A DNA stretch of 64,000 bases, taken from positions 1,387,958-1,451,957 of the forward strand of contig OZ253670.1 of NCBI GenBank assembly GCA_965263395.1, written 5' to 3'. Under the pieces are notes generated by a model that made no database searches, was not told the DNA's origin, and saw nothing but the letters and a program-made list of their open reading frames with translations. The translations under genes were made by a program, and so were the position numbers. Shown here piece after piece: positions 1-8,648 of the stretch (within the stretch, counting starts at the first letter, position 1; every line of letters begins with the position of its first letter). This DNA comes from Dehalococcoidia bacterium. Its GTDB lineage: Bacteria; Chloroflexota; Dehalococcoidia; Lucifugimonadales; UBA3495.

Positions 1-1
1 G

Positions 2-526
2 ATAAACTCGGCCATAATGGAGATTGCCACCGTGCTGCGGCTGCGGCACCGCATTACCCGGGATGACGACTTCATCATTACCAGCCAGCAGGACACGCTG
101 GAAACGCTGGAGCAGACCACCGACACCTTCATCATGTTCCTGGCGTCCATTGCGGGAATCTCACTGCTGGTTGGCGGCATCGGCATTATGAACATCATGC
201 TGGTGTCGGTTACCGAGCGCACCCGGGAAATCGGCATCCGCAAGGCGATGGGCGCCAAGCGGCGGGACATTCTCTTGCAGTTTGTGGCCGAGGCGACGCT
301 GCTCAGCCTGGGCGGGGGCGTGGCAGGGGTGCTGTTGGGCTGGGCGCTGGCGACCCTGCTGAACGGGTCTGCCCTTTTGGGCGGGCGGCCTACACCTACC
401 GCCGCCAACCTGGACATCGCTATACTGGCATTGGCCGTGTCGGCGGGCATCGGGCTTTTCTTCGGGATATATCCGGCCATTCGTGCGGCGTCGCTGCATC
501 CCATTGACGCCCTACGGCACGAATAG
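2..526 (+). CDS. ABC transporter permease, FtsX/MacB family (C-terminal fragment, 5' end outside window)
   Basis: Frame is open to the window edge. Contains VTERTREIGIRKAMGAKRRDILLQFVAEA followed by TM helices and the tail IYPAIRAASLHPIDALRHE, typical of MacB/LolCE-type FtsX permeases. Confidence 0.85.
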   Translation: MNSAIMEIATVLRLRHRITRDDDFIITSQQDTLETLEQTTDTFIMFLASIAGISLLVGGIGIMNIMLVSVTERTREIGIRKAMGAKRRDILLQFVAEATLLSLGGGVAGVLLGWALATLLNGSALLGGRPTPTAANLDIAILALAVSAGIGLFFGIYPAIRAASLHPIDALRHE

Positions 527-549
527 CGGTCGGGACGGGAGAACAAACC

Positions 550-1332
550 GTGAACAAGTCGTTTGTGGCTCTGGCAATAATCGCCCTGGTCCTGGGCGTC
601 AGCCTGGGCGGGGCATTCGTCGGCGGGTCCATCTATGGCCAGTCCACCGCGTCCGACGCTGCGGGCGCCGCCGTTCCGCTGGGGGGCGGCGGGCCGGGGT
701 TCGGTCAAGCCCAGCGCGGGGGGCAGTCTCAGACCGGCGCCGGCGCCGGCTTCCAGGGCCGTCAACCGGGGAATGCTCCCGGCGCCCAGGCACTGGGACG
801 GACCAACGCGCCGGCTGCGGGGGGCGCTCCCGGCGTCGGCGCCAACGCTTCCGGCAGCGATGCGGCGGCCGGTTCCGGTCCGGGAACCCGCTCGGAAATT
901 CCTTCCTCAGAAAGCGCCGCATCCAACGGTGACGCCGCGCCAGACCGACGCCCGGGACAGGACGGCGCACTACGCGGGGGCAGACTGACCGGCGTAATCG
1001 AAAAAATAAAAGACGGTACATTGACCATTCGGACTGCTGACGGCCCGGTGACGGTTACCATGTCCGAGGGCACCAGAGTGGCCACCCTGTCCGCAGCTGA
1101 GACCGCCGATCTTGAGGTGGGCGCAACCGCCATCGCTTTCGGGCGGCTCGGCGAAGGCGGCGTGGCTGCCGTCGCCATCATCCTCAACCCGTCGGAGGTG
1201 GACATTCCGCTGTTGGGCGGACAGCCCCGCAACCGGGCAACCGGTCAAGTCAGTTTGGAAGCCCCGGACGACGGGGGAGATGACGACCGGGACGACGGCG
1301 ACCGGGACGACGGCGACCGGGGAGAGTCTTGA
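550..1332 (+). CDS. membrane-anchored or secreted low-complexity protein
   Basis: GTG start just after the permease gene. N-terminal hydrophobic helix FVALAIIALVLGVSLGGAFVGG, then a ~130-aa Gly/Ala/Pro-rich linker. This is followed by a beta-rich segment LTGVIEKIKDGTLTIRTADGPVTVTMSEGTRV (DUF5666-like pattern, tentative) and an acidic DDRDDGDR tail. Confidence 0.5.
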   Translation: MNKSFVALAIIALVLGVSLGGAFVGGSIYGQSTASDAAGAAVPLGGGGPGFGQAQRGGQSQTGAGAGFQGRQPGNAPGAQALGRTNAPAAGGAPGVGANASGSDAAAGSGPGTRSEIPSSESAASNGDAAPDRRPGQDGALRGGRLTGVIEKIKDGTLTIRTADGPVTVTMSEGTRVATLSAAETADLEVGATAIAFGRLGEGGVAAVAIILNPSEVDIPLLGGQPRNRATGQVSLEAPDDGGDDDRDDGDRDDGDRGES

Positions 1333-1468
1333 CCCTGGTAACGGTGCAACCCCGAGTGTTGATGCAGGGGAAGCCCCGGTCTCCCCCCAATTTGCCCGCA
1401 ATCCGGGGAGTTTCCCGGCGAAATTCCGCCTGATTTTCGTATAGGATATATCAGGTGGAGGGTGCGGG

Positions 1469-2674
1469 ATGAGGAAGTTGGTTTTGTGGGCCGCCTTGAT
1501 TCCCCTGGCGTTGCTGATGGCCTGCATCGGGGTGGATGAGGAAAAGGCGCAGGATGTTGCAGTCTCAGACCCAGCATACTCAAGCTCAGGCCGAGCCGTC
1601 CGCATCCAATCGAACGACTCCGGCGCAGATATGGCCGCCTTCCCCACCCCCGGAGCCGAGTTCTACGACACTGCCGAAGGATCGGCCGGACCGGACACAA
1701 CCGGCGTAACTTCCGGATCGTCGACATCGGACACTTCTCTGCTTGGGGAGCGGCGAGAGGTAATCTCCAACGCGTCGGTTTCAGTAGAAGTTGACTCGGT
1801 GCAATCGGCGGTGGGACGTATCCGAAGCATCACCGAAGGTTACGGCGGTTTCGTTGAGAGGCTTTCCAGCTCCGGCGGCCCCGCCGCCATGCTCGCCGAC
1901 ATGACAGTGCGGGTCCCCCAGGCCCATTTCCTAGACGCGGTGGAGCAGATTCAGGAGTTGGGGGTGGTGCAGGAAATCAACCTCGGCCGGGACGACGTGA
2001 CGGGACAGTTCATTGACCTGGGAGCGAGATTGAAGAGCGCAAAGCGCGAGGAAGAGAGCCTGCTGGCCCTGATGGACCCGGCCCCCGACATTGAATACAT
2101 CCTGACCATTGAGCGGGAACTGTCGCGGGTGCGGTCGGAAATCGAGCGGCTGCAAGGCCGGGTCAACCACCTTCAGCAGCTCACCGACCTGGCCACCATC
2201 CAAGTACATCTGTCCCCGCCGTATGAACTGGTGCGCCGCCCGCCGTCGGCCCACCTCAGCATTGAATTGGACCGGGTGAGCGGCCGGGTGGACCAACTGC
2301 GGAACGTGGTTGCGTCGTTGAACGGCGAACTGGAACGGGTCTTGATTAGCACCTATGAAGACGGGGAAAGCGCCGAGGTCTCGCTGCTGGTGGCGCCCCA
2401 GGACTTTCCCAAGGTTATGGCCTTCCTGGAGAGCGACGGCAAGGTGGTCTACAAAGAGGTGGAGGAAAACACCGGCCCCCCGGAACGGCTTGGAGATGCC
2501 AACTCCCGGATTGATGTGGACTTCCGGCAGCCCGAATCCTTGGGTATGGTGACGGTTATTGCGGGCATTTCGCTGGGGGTAATCCTTGTTATCGGACTGG
2601 CCGTCGCGTTCTTACTGACCTACCAGCGCGGCCGCAGCCGCCGGGACCGCCGGGACCGCTTCGCGCAACTGTAA
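1469..2674 (+). CDS. DUF4349 domain-containing lipoprotein-like protein
   Basis: Lipobox-like N-terminus LIPLALLMACIG. Segments ISNASVSVEVDSVQSAVGRIRSITEGYGGFVERL, MTVRVPQAHFLDAVEQIQELGVV, DDVTGQFIDLGARLKSAKREEESLLALM and ILTIERELSRVRSEIERLQGR match the DUF4349 pattern. C-terminal TM helix VTVIAGISLGVILVIGLAVAFLL. Confidence 0.75.
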   Translation: MRKLVLWAALIPLALLMACIGVDEEKAQDVAVSDPAYSSSGRAVRIQSNDSGADMAAFPTPGAEFYDTAEGSAGPDTTGVTSGSSTSDTSLLGERREVISNASVSVEVDSVQSAVGRIRSITEGYGGFVERLSSSGGPAAMLADMTVRVPQAHFLDAVEQIQELGVVQEINLGRDDVTGQFIDLGARLKSAKREEESLLALMDPAPDIEYILTIERELSRVRSEIERLQGRVNHLQQLTDLATIQVHLSPPYELVRRPPSAHLSIELDRVSGRVDQLRNVVASLNGELERVLISTYEDGESAEVSLLVAPQDFPKVMAFLESDGKVVYKEVEENTGPPERLGDANSRIDVDFRQPESLGMVTVIAGISLGVILVIGLAVAFLLTYQRGRSRRDRRDRFAQL

Positions 2675-2712
2675 CCCGCCGCCGCCCGACGAGGCGCGCC
2701 CGTGAAGGAGCC

Positions 2713-2991
2713 TCAACTATTGGTCTCAATTGTCAACGGCTCAATCCGTTCTCGCCCAATGACCTTGCGGGCGTAGAGCAGGCAAGCCTGAACATCCTCC
2801 GGCTCCAGCCAAGAATAGCCGCTGAGGATAATCTCTGGAGAGTCGCCCGCAGCTAACATTCCCAGAACGTGCTCCACCGCAAGGCGCTTCCCGCGGATGA
2901 TGGGCTTGCCCCCGAAGATGTCGGGGTTGACGATGATTCTGGTTAACAGGTTGGTTTCGTTCATAACTGATAAATCCTGCCATTTGGACAA
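2713..2991 (-). CDS. DUF433 (COG2442) antitoxin-like protein, orphan
   Basis: IIVNPDIFGGKPIIRGKRLAVEHVLGMLAAGDSPEIILSGYSWLEPEDVQACLLYA fits the DUF433 pattern. No DUF5615/PIN partner is adjacent. Confidence 0.8.
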   Translation of the reverse strand: MSKWQDLSVMNETNLLTRIIVNPDIFGGKPIIRGKRLAVEHVLGMLAAGDSPEIILSGYSWLEPEDVQACLLYARKVIGRERIEPLTIETNS

Positions 2992-3080
2992 ACGTTTTCC
3001 GAAGATGCTGACGGAACCGCCGCCTCTGCTGCCGCCGGCCGTGCCCTGATCTGGTGGTAAGCGGGCCTGCGCCGGGCCAG

Positions 3081-3212
3081 GATCTTTTCATTCTCGAAAG
3101 AATCCCCTCTCCCTCTGGGAGAGGGTCAGGGTGAGGGCGTTCCGGCCAAGGGCAACCGTAGTTGATGCGCACGATTCCCCCTCACCCCCGGCCCCTCTCC
3201 CCCTGGGAGAGG
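3081..3212. repeat. Family-1 palindromic MITE/REP-like element, interrupted by IS copy 1 (remainder at 4547-4573)
   Basis: Left arm GATCTTTTCATTCTCGAAAGAATCCCCTCTCCCTCTGGGAGAGGGTCAGGGTGAGGGCGTTCC and right arm CCCTCACCCCCGGCCCCTCTCCCCCTGGGAGAGG, which continues GGAGAATGAAAAGGCC after the IS. Same architecture as the intact copy at 22996-23141. Confidence 0.8.
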
Positions 3213-4546
3213 CTGACAGGGGTATGTATAGGGTTTCATGTAGGGGCATGGCGGGTGACCTCCAGGTTGGGCTTGGGTTCCGGCCAGGGTTCGGGCAGCA
3301 GCCATACCCGGCGCCATAACCGGCCCCGGTGCAGCAAGCGTCTCAGCCAGTCGATGCCGTGCCGGATTACGCTGACGGTCCGTCCCGGCTTCTCCCTGCC
3401 GCTGCGGTGCGTGGGCGCCAGCGCCCGGGGCGGCGCTCGCAAGCTGCCGGGGGGCATCTTCCGGTCATAGGCGTCTTCCACCCTGGTCCCATAGGCCAGG
3501 GTCAGGAGCGTCGCCACCGGCAACACGAACCAATGGCGCGAAATCCGCGCCGGGTCAGTCCTGCGGGTCTTGTGCCATTGCCAACCCAGGCTCTTGACCG
3601 CCTTGAACCCCAACTCGATCCAGAAGCGGAGGGCGTACCAACTCACCCCAACTTGGTCCGGCGGAAGGTCGGTCAGGATGATCCACGGCTCCTCCTGTTC
3701 AACGTACCAGACCGCCAGCAGGGTGCAACGGCGTTTTGCGGCGGCTCCGCCGAAGGCGGTCCCGCTGCCGGTCCAGGCGGTATCCGGACTGGAAACGAAG
3801 GCGCGCGCGGGCAGCCGCCGTCCGCCATCGGCGCAGAAAGTGACGTTTCTCGGATACCTCATGTAGGGATGCCAGCCCTGAGCGAGTATCTGTTTCCACA
3901 ATTTCGGACTGGCCAGGCCCCGGTCGCACATCACAATCACGGTCATTTCCCTGGGGACCGCCGGGGCCAGGGCCTGCAGCAGTTCCACTATTGGGTCCAT
4001 CCAGGCCCCGCGCTGGTTGGCCCGCAGGATTCGCCAGGCCACGGGAATCGCGCAACCCCGGTAGACCACGCTGATGACGATGGCGGTGGTGTCGTCCCCT
4101 TTCAACGTGGGGTCAACCGCCAGCGCCAGCCTATCGGAACGCCACCACGCCAGGACCCACCGGAGCAGCGGCGCGAAGCAGAGACTTACGTCCAGTTCGG
4201 TCTTGCAGGGGCAGGGACGGGCCCGGTCGCCGCCGTCGTACAACCACTCTCTGAGATACTGCCGCAGGTTGTTCCAGTTGCCCCGGGTGGAGAGGGCGGA
4301 CGCGACGGTATTCTGGCAGGCGCTCCCAGCCAGAATGGTCCCGCACCCCCACCAGGCCAGGCCGGTCAACTGTGGCTGAGTGAGGTGCGGTAAATGCGTT
4401 TCAATGACCTGCTGCATCTGGCAGCATTCCCTTGGAAGGCGCATGGGATACCTCCGGCATCCGGTTTCGTCATTACAACCAAGATGACGGATTCCTGTGC
4501 GCTTTCCAAGCTCTCAGACCAATTTCAGTATACATACCCCTGTCAG
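3213..4546 (-). mobile_element. IS4-family insertion sequence, copy 1 (1334 bp)
   Basis: Perfect 18-bp terminal inverted repeats CTGACAGGGGTATGTATA (3213-3230, reverse complement at 4529-4546). 11-bp direct target duplication CCTGGGAGAGG (3202-3212 and 4547-4557). Confidence 0.9.
3236..4444 (-). CDS. IS4-family DDE transposase
   Basis: 402 aa. Candidate DDE residues lie in LALAVDPTL and VMCDRGL, and YALRFWIELGFKAVK gives the Y-x2-R-x3-E-x6-K signature of IS4-type transposases. About 90% identical at protein level to ORF 14972-16174. Confidence 0.9.
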   Translation of the reverse strand: MRLPRECCQMQQVIETHLPHLTQPQLTGLAWWGCGTILAGSACQNTVASALSTRGNWNNLRQYLREWLYDGGDRARPCPCKTELDVSLCFAPLLRWVLAWWRSDRLALAVDPTLKGDDTTAIVISVVYRGCAIPVAWRILRANQRGAWMDPIVELLQALAPAVPREMTVIVMCDRGLASPKLWKQILAQGWHPYMRYPRNVTFCADGGRRLPARAFVSSPDTAWTGSGTAFGGAAAKRRCTLLAVWYVEQEEPWIILTDLPPDQVGVSWYALRFWIELGFKAVKSLGWQWHKTRRTDPARISRHWFVLPVATLLTLAYGTRVEDAYDRKMPPGSLRAPPRALAPTHRSGREKPGRTVSVIRHGIDWLRRLLHRGRLWRRVWLLPEPWPEPKPNLEVTRHAPT

Positions 4547-4654
4547 CCTGGGAGAGGGGAGAATGAAAAGGCCTTGGCGCTGGGCTCGGGAGTGTTGACA
4601 AATTGGGCATACTGTAGTTAGATAATAGCAATGGATAGCGGATTTCCGTTATCG

Positions 4655-4686
4655 GCGCTTACCCTCCTTGAGGGTGAGCGCTTTTT
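4655..4686 (+). terminator. intrinsic terminator-like hairpin plus T-run
   Basis: GCGCTTACCCT (4655-4665) pairs with AGGGTGAGCGC (4671-4681): 11 bp with one G-U pair and a 5-nt loop. TTTTT follows at 4682-4686, and this T-run overlaps the stop codon of the convergent minus-strand gene. Confidence 0.55.
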
Positions 4687-5848
4687 AATTATCTGCTCCC
4701 ATGGATTGATCGCGATGGAGGTCTATCGTTTCCTTGATGTCGGCGTCAGGAAACACTTTTACACCGAATTTCCCCATTCTTCCGTCCCCTCGCCAGTATA
4801 TCTTGCGACTAAACAAATCCCATCTGCCTGGATACTGCTTACAATCCTCTCGGACCCATTCATAGATGTCCCTGGAAATCATGTCAGCTAACTCACAAGG
4901 GTTAGAAGCTGATTTTGGGATAAACCGAAGACCGGTTTCTAACCAGTTGCGAAAAGCTGTGTCTGGAACCCATTGTGTTCCTTCGACCAGAATTCTAGCG
5001 TATTCCAACTGATGTAGGGCATCTTCCTTAGGTCCTTGACTTTCAAAAGTGATTCGTCCCATACGCTTTACACCATCGTTGGCGAGGAAATCAACATATC
5101 GTTCTAAGAGCATCAATATAGCTACCGAGTAAACATCTGTGGGTAAATATGGGTCACCCTCTGCTTCTACGAATTCTTTTTGGAAGGCGGTTTTTCTAAT
5201 CCCTGCACCGAACGCTTTGCAGTCACTCGTGATCACCAATTGTCGTATTGCATCGTCAAACGCCGATTGTTTTCCTTCGTCATTCTCGAAGTAATAGACT
5301 CCCTTCTTCTGTCGCATTTCAGGTTCATGGAAAGTGATTTCGGTGGTTCCAAAAAAATCCCTTTTGATTCTGTCAGCTTCCCTGATGTATGCCTCCTCCG
5401 CTTCTACGGACATAGCGATTCCGCCCAAGGAGAAAAACTGTGGCGAATCCAAATGGGGCTCAGGATTTGACTTGCCATTTTCATCCAGATAAAGGCCGCC
5501 GGTTGGCCGTCGCTCCAACAACGGTTGACTGGCATTACGCTTGAATCGTTTACGGGGTTCAACGTATCCGTAGGACCGTTGAAGTTCAGCTTGTTCGCGG
5601 TTGACGATAAGGTCACCAAGTTCTTTGCACAAGGCTGGATCTACTCCGGCCCTAAGCAATAGCACTTCGAGAGAACGAACAACCCTCGATGCTTCTGCGA
5701 GCAAGAGCGCATTGTTCCTAGCGAGTCTGCGTCCATGAGGGTCCCCGCGTTCTGGTCGGCTGCGTTGATTTTCCATGTCGGCAGTATAACATTTGAGCCT
5801 TTCAAGACCGCGAACGGCGAGGCGTCCTATTTCAAATAGTGCCCCCAA
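4685..5848 (-). CDS. DUF3800 domain-containing protein with N-terminal extension
   Basis: LYLDENGKS (DUF3800 N-terminal DExG-type motif), ITFHEPEM, and near the C-terminus NPCELADMISRDIY (the LQxAD-type motif). Visibly AT-richer than neighbours. Alternative start at ATG 5776. Confidence 0.6.
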   Translation of the reverse strand: MGALFEIGRLAVRGLERLKCYTADMENQRSRPERGDPHGRRLARNNALLLAEASRVVRSLEVLLLRAGVDPALCKELGDLIVNREQAELQRSYGYVEPRKRFKRNASQPLLERRPTGGLYLDENGKSNPEPHLDSPQFFSLGGIAMSVEAEEAYIREADRIKRDFFGTTEITFHEPEMRQKKGVYYFENDEGKQSAFDDAIRQLVITSDCKAFGAGIRKTAFQKEFVEAEGDPYLPTDVYSVAILMLLERYVDFLANDGVKRMGRITFESQGPKEDALHQLEYARILVEGTQWVPDTAFRNWLETGLRFIPKSASNPCELADMISRDIYEWVREDCKQYPGRWDLFSRKIYWRGDGRMGKFGVKVFPDADIKETIDLHRDQSMGADN

Positions 5849-5942
5849 CCCCTTCCTTGTCCCTGGCGGTTCAACCGGGTATCATGGGCGGACAATTCAT
5901 CCGCATTGCCCGACAAATTTCTCAGCTTGGGGAGGTCCTGTT

Positions 5943-7442
5943 TTGCCCGACAAAGTTTACGACGTAGTGGTGGTGGGCGCCGGCAACGCCGCCCTCAGCG
6001 CGGCCATCGCCGCCAGGGAAAACTGCGAAGATGTGCTGGTGGTGGAGAAAGCCCCCGAATACTTCCGCGGCGGCAATACCTACTTCACCGGCGGCATCAT
6101 CCGCTTCGCCTTCAACGGCATCGACGACATCAAGGCCGTCATCCCCGATATGTCCGAGGCCGAGGAAAACTCCATTGAGGTGGGCAGCTACACCGAGGAC
6201 GATTACTACGACGACATGATGCGGGTCACCCACGGCCTGACCGACCCGGAGCTGGCCCAAATTCTGGTAAGCCAGTCCCACCCCACCATGAAGTGGCTCC
6301 AAGAAAACGGCGTCCGCTTCCTGCTGTCCTTCGGGCGGCAAGCCTTCAAGGACGGCGACAAGTTCCGCTTCTGGGGCGGCTTGGTGGTGGAGGCCGTGGG
6401 CGCGGGCAAGGGACTGTCGGACCAGCAATTCGAGGTCTGCCAGCGCCAGGGCGTCGAAGTGCGCTACGCCACCCAGGGCGTCAACCTGATCCAGGACCAG
6501 AAGGGCCGGGTCAGCGGCCTGCGGGTGCTGGGACCCGAGGGGTTCGAGGACATTCACGGCCGCTCCGTGGTGCTGGCCGCCGGCGGCTTCGAGGCTAACG
6601 CAGAGATGCGCTGCCGCTACTTGGGACCGGGCTGGGAGATGGTGAAGGTTCGGGGCATTCCCTACAACACCGGTGACGGCATCCGCATGGCGCTGGACGT
6701 GGGCGCGCAGTCCCACGGCCACTGGAGCAGTTGCCACGCCGTCGCCTGGGACATGAACGCCCCCGCCTTCGGCGACCGGGTCATCACCGAGCTGTTCCAG
6801 AAGCATTCCTATCCCTTTGGCCTGATTGTCAACCTCAACGGCGAGCGGTTCCTGGACGAGGGGTTGGACTTCCGAAACTACACCTACGTCACCTACGGGC
6901 GGGCGCTGTTGACCCAACCCCAGGGACTGGCCTTCCAGGTCTTCGACGAGAAGGTCAAGCATCTGCTGCGGGACGAATACTGGATTTCCCAGGCCACCAT
7001 GGCGCAGGCCGACAGTCTGGAAGAACTGGCCGCACGGCTGGACATCGACCCCGAGGGCCTGGTCAACACGGTCAACGAGTACAACGCCGCCGTCCGCACC
7101 GACATTCCCTACAATCCCACGGTCAAGGACGGGCGCCGCACCGAGGGCCTGGCGGTGGACAAGACCAACTGGGCCGAGACCATCGACACGCCGCCCTACT
7201 ACGGCTGGGCGGTGACCACCGGCATTTCCTTCACCTTCGGCGGGGTCAAGATTAACAACCGGGGCCAGGTGGTGACCAACGCGCAGGAACCCATACCCGG
7301 CCTGTACGCCGCCGGCGAAATGGTGGGCGGGCTATTCTACTACAACTACCCCGGCGGCTCCGGCCTGTCGGCAGGCATGGTCTTCGGGCGTCTCTCCGGC
7401 AACAACGCCGCCGAAGACGCGAATCTGCTGAAGGATATTTAG
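5943..7442 (+). CDS. FAD-dependent oxidoreductase, tricarballylate dehydrogenase (TcuA)/fumarate-reductase flavoprotein-like
   Basis: Dinucleotide-binding motif YDVVVVGAGNAALSAAIAARE. Also VVLAAGGFEAN and the C-terminal LYAAGEMVGGLFYYNYPGGSGLSAGMVFGR. Start placed at TTG 5943, 7 nt after GGGGAGG; the track start at 5793 overlaps the upstream gene. Confidence 0.75.
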   Translation: MPDKVYDVVVVGAGNAALSAAIAARENCEDVLVVEKAPEYFRGGNTYFTGGIIRFAFNGIDDIKAVIPDMSEAEENSIEVGSYTEDDYYDDMMRVTHGLTDPELAQILVSQSHPTMKWLQENGVRFLLSFGRQAFKDGDKFRFWGGLVVEAVGAGKGLSDQQFEVCQRQGVEVRYATQGVNLIQDQKGRVSGLRVLGPEGFEDIHGRSVVLAAGGFEANAEMRCRYLGPGWEMVKVRGIPYNTGDGIRMALDVGAQSHGHWSSCHAVAWDMNAPAFGDRVITELFQKHSYPFGLIVNLNGERFLDEGLDFRNYTYVTYGRALLTQPQGLAFQVFDEKVKHLLRDEYWISQATMAQADSLEELAARLDIDPEGLVNTVNEYNAAVRTDIPYNPTVKDGRRTEGLAVDKTNWAETIDTPPYYGWAVTTGISFTFGGVKINNRGQVVTNAQEPIPGLYAAGEMVGGLFYYNYPGGSGLSAGMVFGRLSGNNAAEDANLLKDI

Positions 7443-7683
7443 AGAGAGCCATTTAGGAGAAGACCCGGTACGCCTTGAGCGAATTTGCCCGCGCCGGGAC
7501 GCAAGTATGCGCTCCGGCGCACTGCACTGGCGCGGAGCTTTGGTTCACCGCCGGAGAATTCGTCCGAATCATATCGTTGAAGCGTGCGCTAAACAGGGGG
7601 AGTTTCAGGGGCCAATAGTGAATCACTGCCCCAGAGGACTATTGCCCCTCGGAAATTTGCAGCCCCCACTCCAGGAGCATCCC

Positions 7684-8538
7684 ATGACCACCCCCACCGA
7701 CCGCATCGCCCTCTTGGAACGTGAAGCGCGCGAGTTACTCGCCTTTCTGCGGGAGTTAAGCCCTGCGGACTGGCAGACGCCCAGCGCCTGCGCCGGCTGG
7801 ACGGTGGCCGATGTGGTGGGCCACCTCACCAGCGTCGACTTCGCGAACCGTATGGTGCGCGGACTGGACGGCGATTACTCTCCGCCCGAGGGTTCGCCCG
7901 CGCCGGAGCAGCACGACGAGGACGTTTTTGCCCAGAGCATTTATCAGCGGGCCATCACCACCAAGGAGCGGCTGGGTGAGGGCCTCCTCGACAACTTCAC
8001 CCAACGCATCGATGAGGCCGTGGCACTCTTCCGGCGGGTGCAGCCGGACCAGTGGGACAACCTGGTCTACTGGCCGCCGGGACCCCTCTCCATCCGCACC
8101 CTGCTGACCCAGCGCATCTCCGAGCTGACCATGCACGGCTGGGACATCCGCTCCCGGTTGGAAGGCGATTACCACCTTTCCGACGGAAGCATCGCCGCTC
8201 TGCTGGACACCGTGGACCGGGCGGCCCGCCGCGCCTTCCGCCCCGACGCTGCTCTGAGCACTCCGTTGCGCTACCGTTTCGACATCGCCCCGCCGGTTTC
8301 GGCCCTGATTGACGTCGTGCTCAGCAGCGATGTCGCCCGGGTGGAGCCGGCCCCTGCTGCTGCCGCCGGGAATGACTCACTCCCGTCAGCTACCTTTAAC
8401 TGCGACGGCGAGACCTGCGTCCTCGTCATGTACGGCCGCCTCAACCCCGAAGACGCCGTCGCAGCCGGACGCCTGACCGTGGTTGAGGGCGATGAAGGGA
8501 TGGCCGCCGAATTTGGCCGCCGGTTCGTGGGCGGGTGA
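7684..8538 (+). CDS. DinB/maleylpyruvate-isomerase-family (mycothiol-dependent-like, TIGR03083-type) protein
   Basis: Begins MTTPTDRIALLEREARELLAFLRELSPADWQTPSACAGWTVADVVGHLT, which fits the MDMPI_N/DinB pattern. Start taken at ATG 7684. Confidence 0.65.
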   Translation: MTTPTDRIALLEREARELLAFLRELSPADWQTPSACAGWTVADVVGHLTSVDFANRMVRGLDGDYSPPEGSPAPEQHDEDVFAQSIYQRAITTKERLGEGLLDNFTQRIDEAVALFRRVQPDQWDNLVYWPPGPLSIRTLLTQRISELTMHGWDIRSRLEGDYHLSDGSIAALLDTVDRAARRAFRPDAALSTPLRYRFDIAPPVSALIDVVLSSDVARVEPAPAAAAGNDSLPSATFNCDGETCVLVMYGRLNPEDAVAAGRLTVVEGDEGMAAEFGRRFVGG

Positions 8539-8648
8539 TTCTTGGCGTCGCTGGCTTCAACCGCTTGAGCGTTACTGACAGATGAGGGTTTCGCCTTGGC
8601 TTGGTTTAGGGTATTCTTTGCCGCAATAGATTACCCTGTGGGCGATTG

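Noticed and set aside
3329-4393. 354-aa plus-strand ORF inside IS copy 1. The same applies to 15041-16207 (-) in copy 2 and 12308-13480 (-) in the IS630 element.
   Set aside because: They are antisense to transposase genes that carry clear DDE/YREK or IS630 motifs. The shadow frames are Arg/Pro/Gly-rich with no recognisable domain.
4631-4891. 86-aa plus-strand ORF starting just after the IS.
   Set aside because: Most of it is antisense to the 3' end of the DUF3800 gene and it runs through the terminator hairpin. It has no RBS and no family resemblance.
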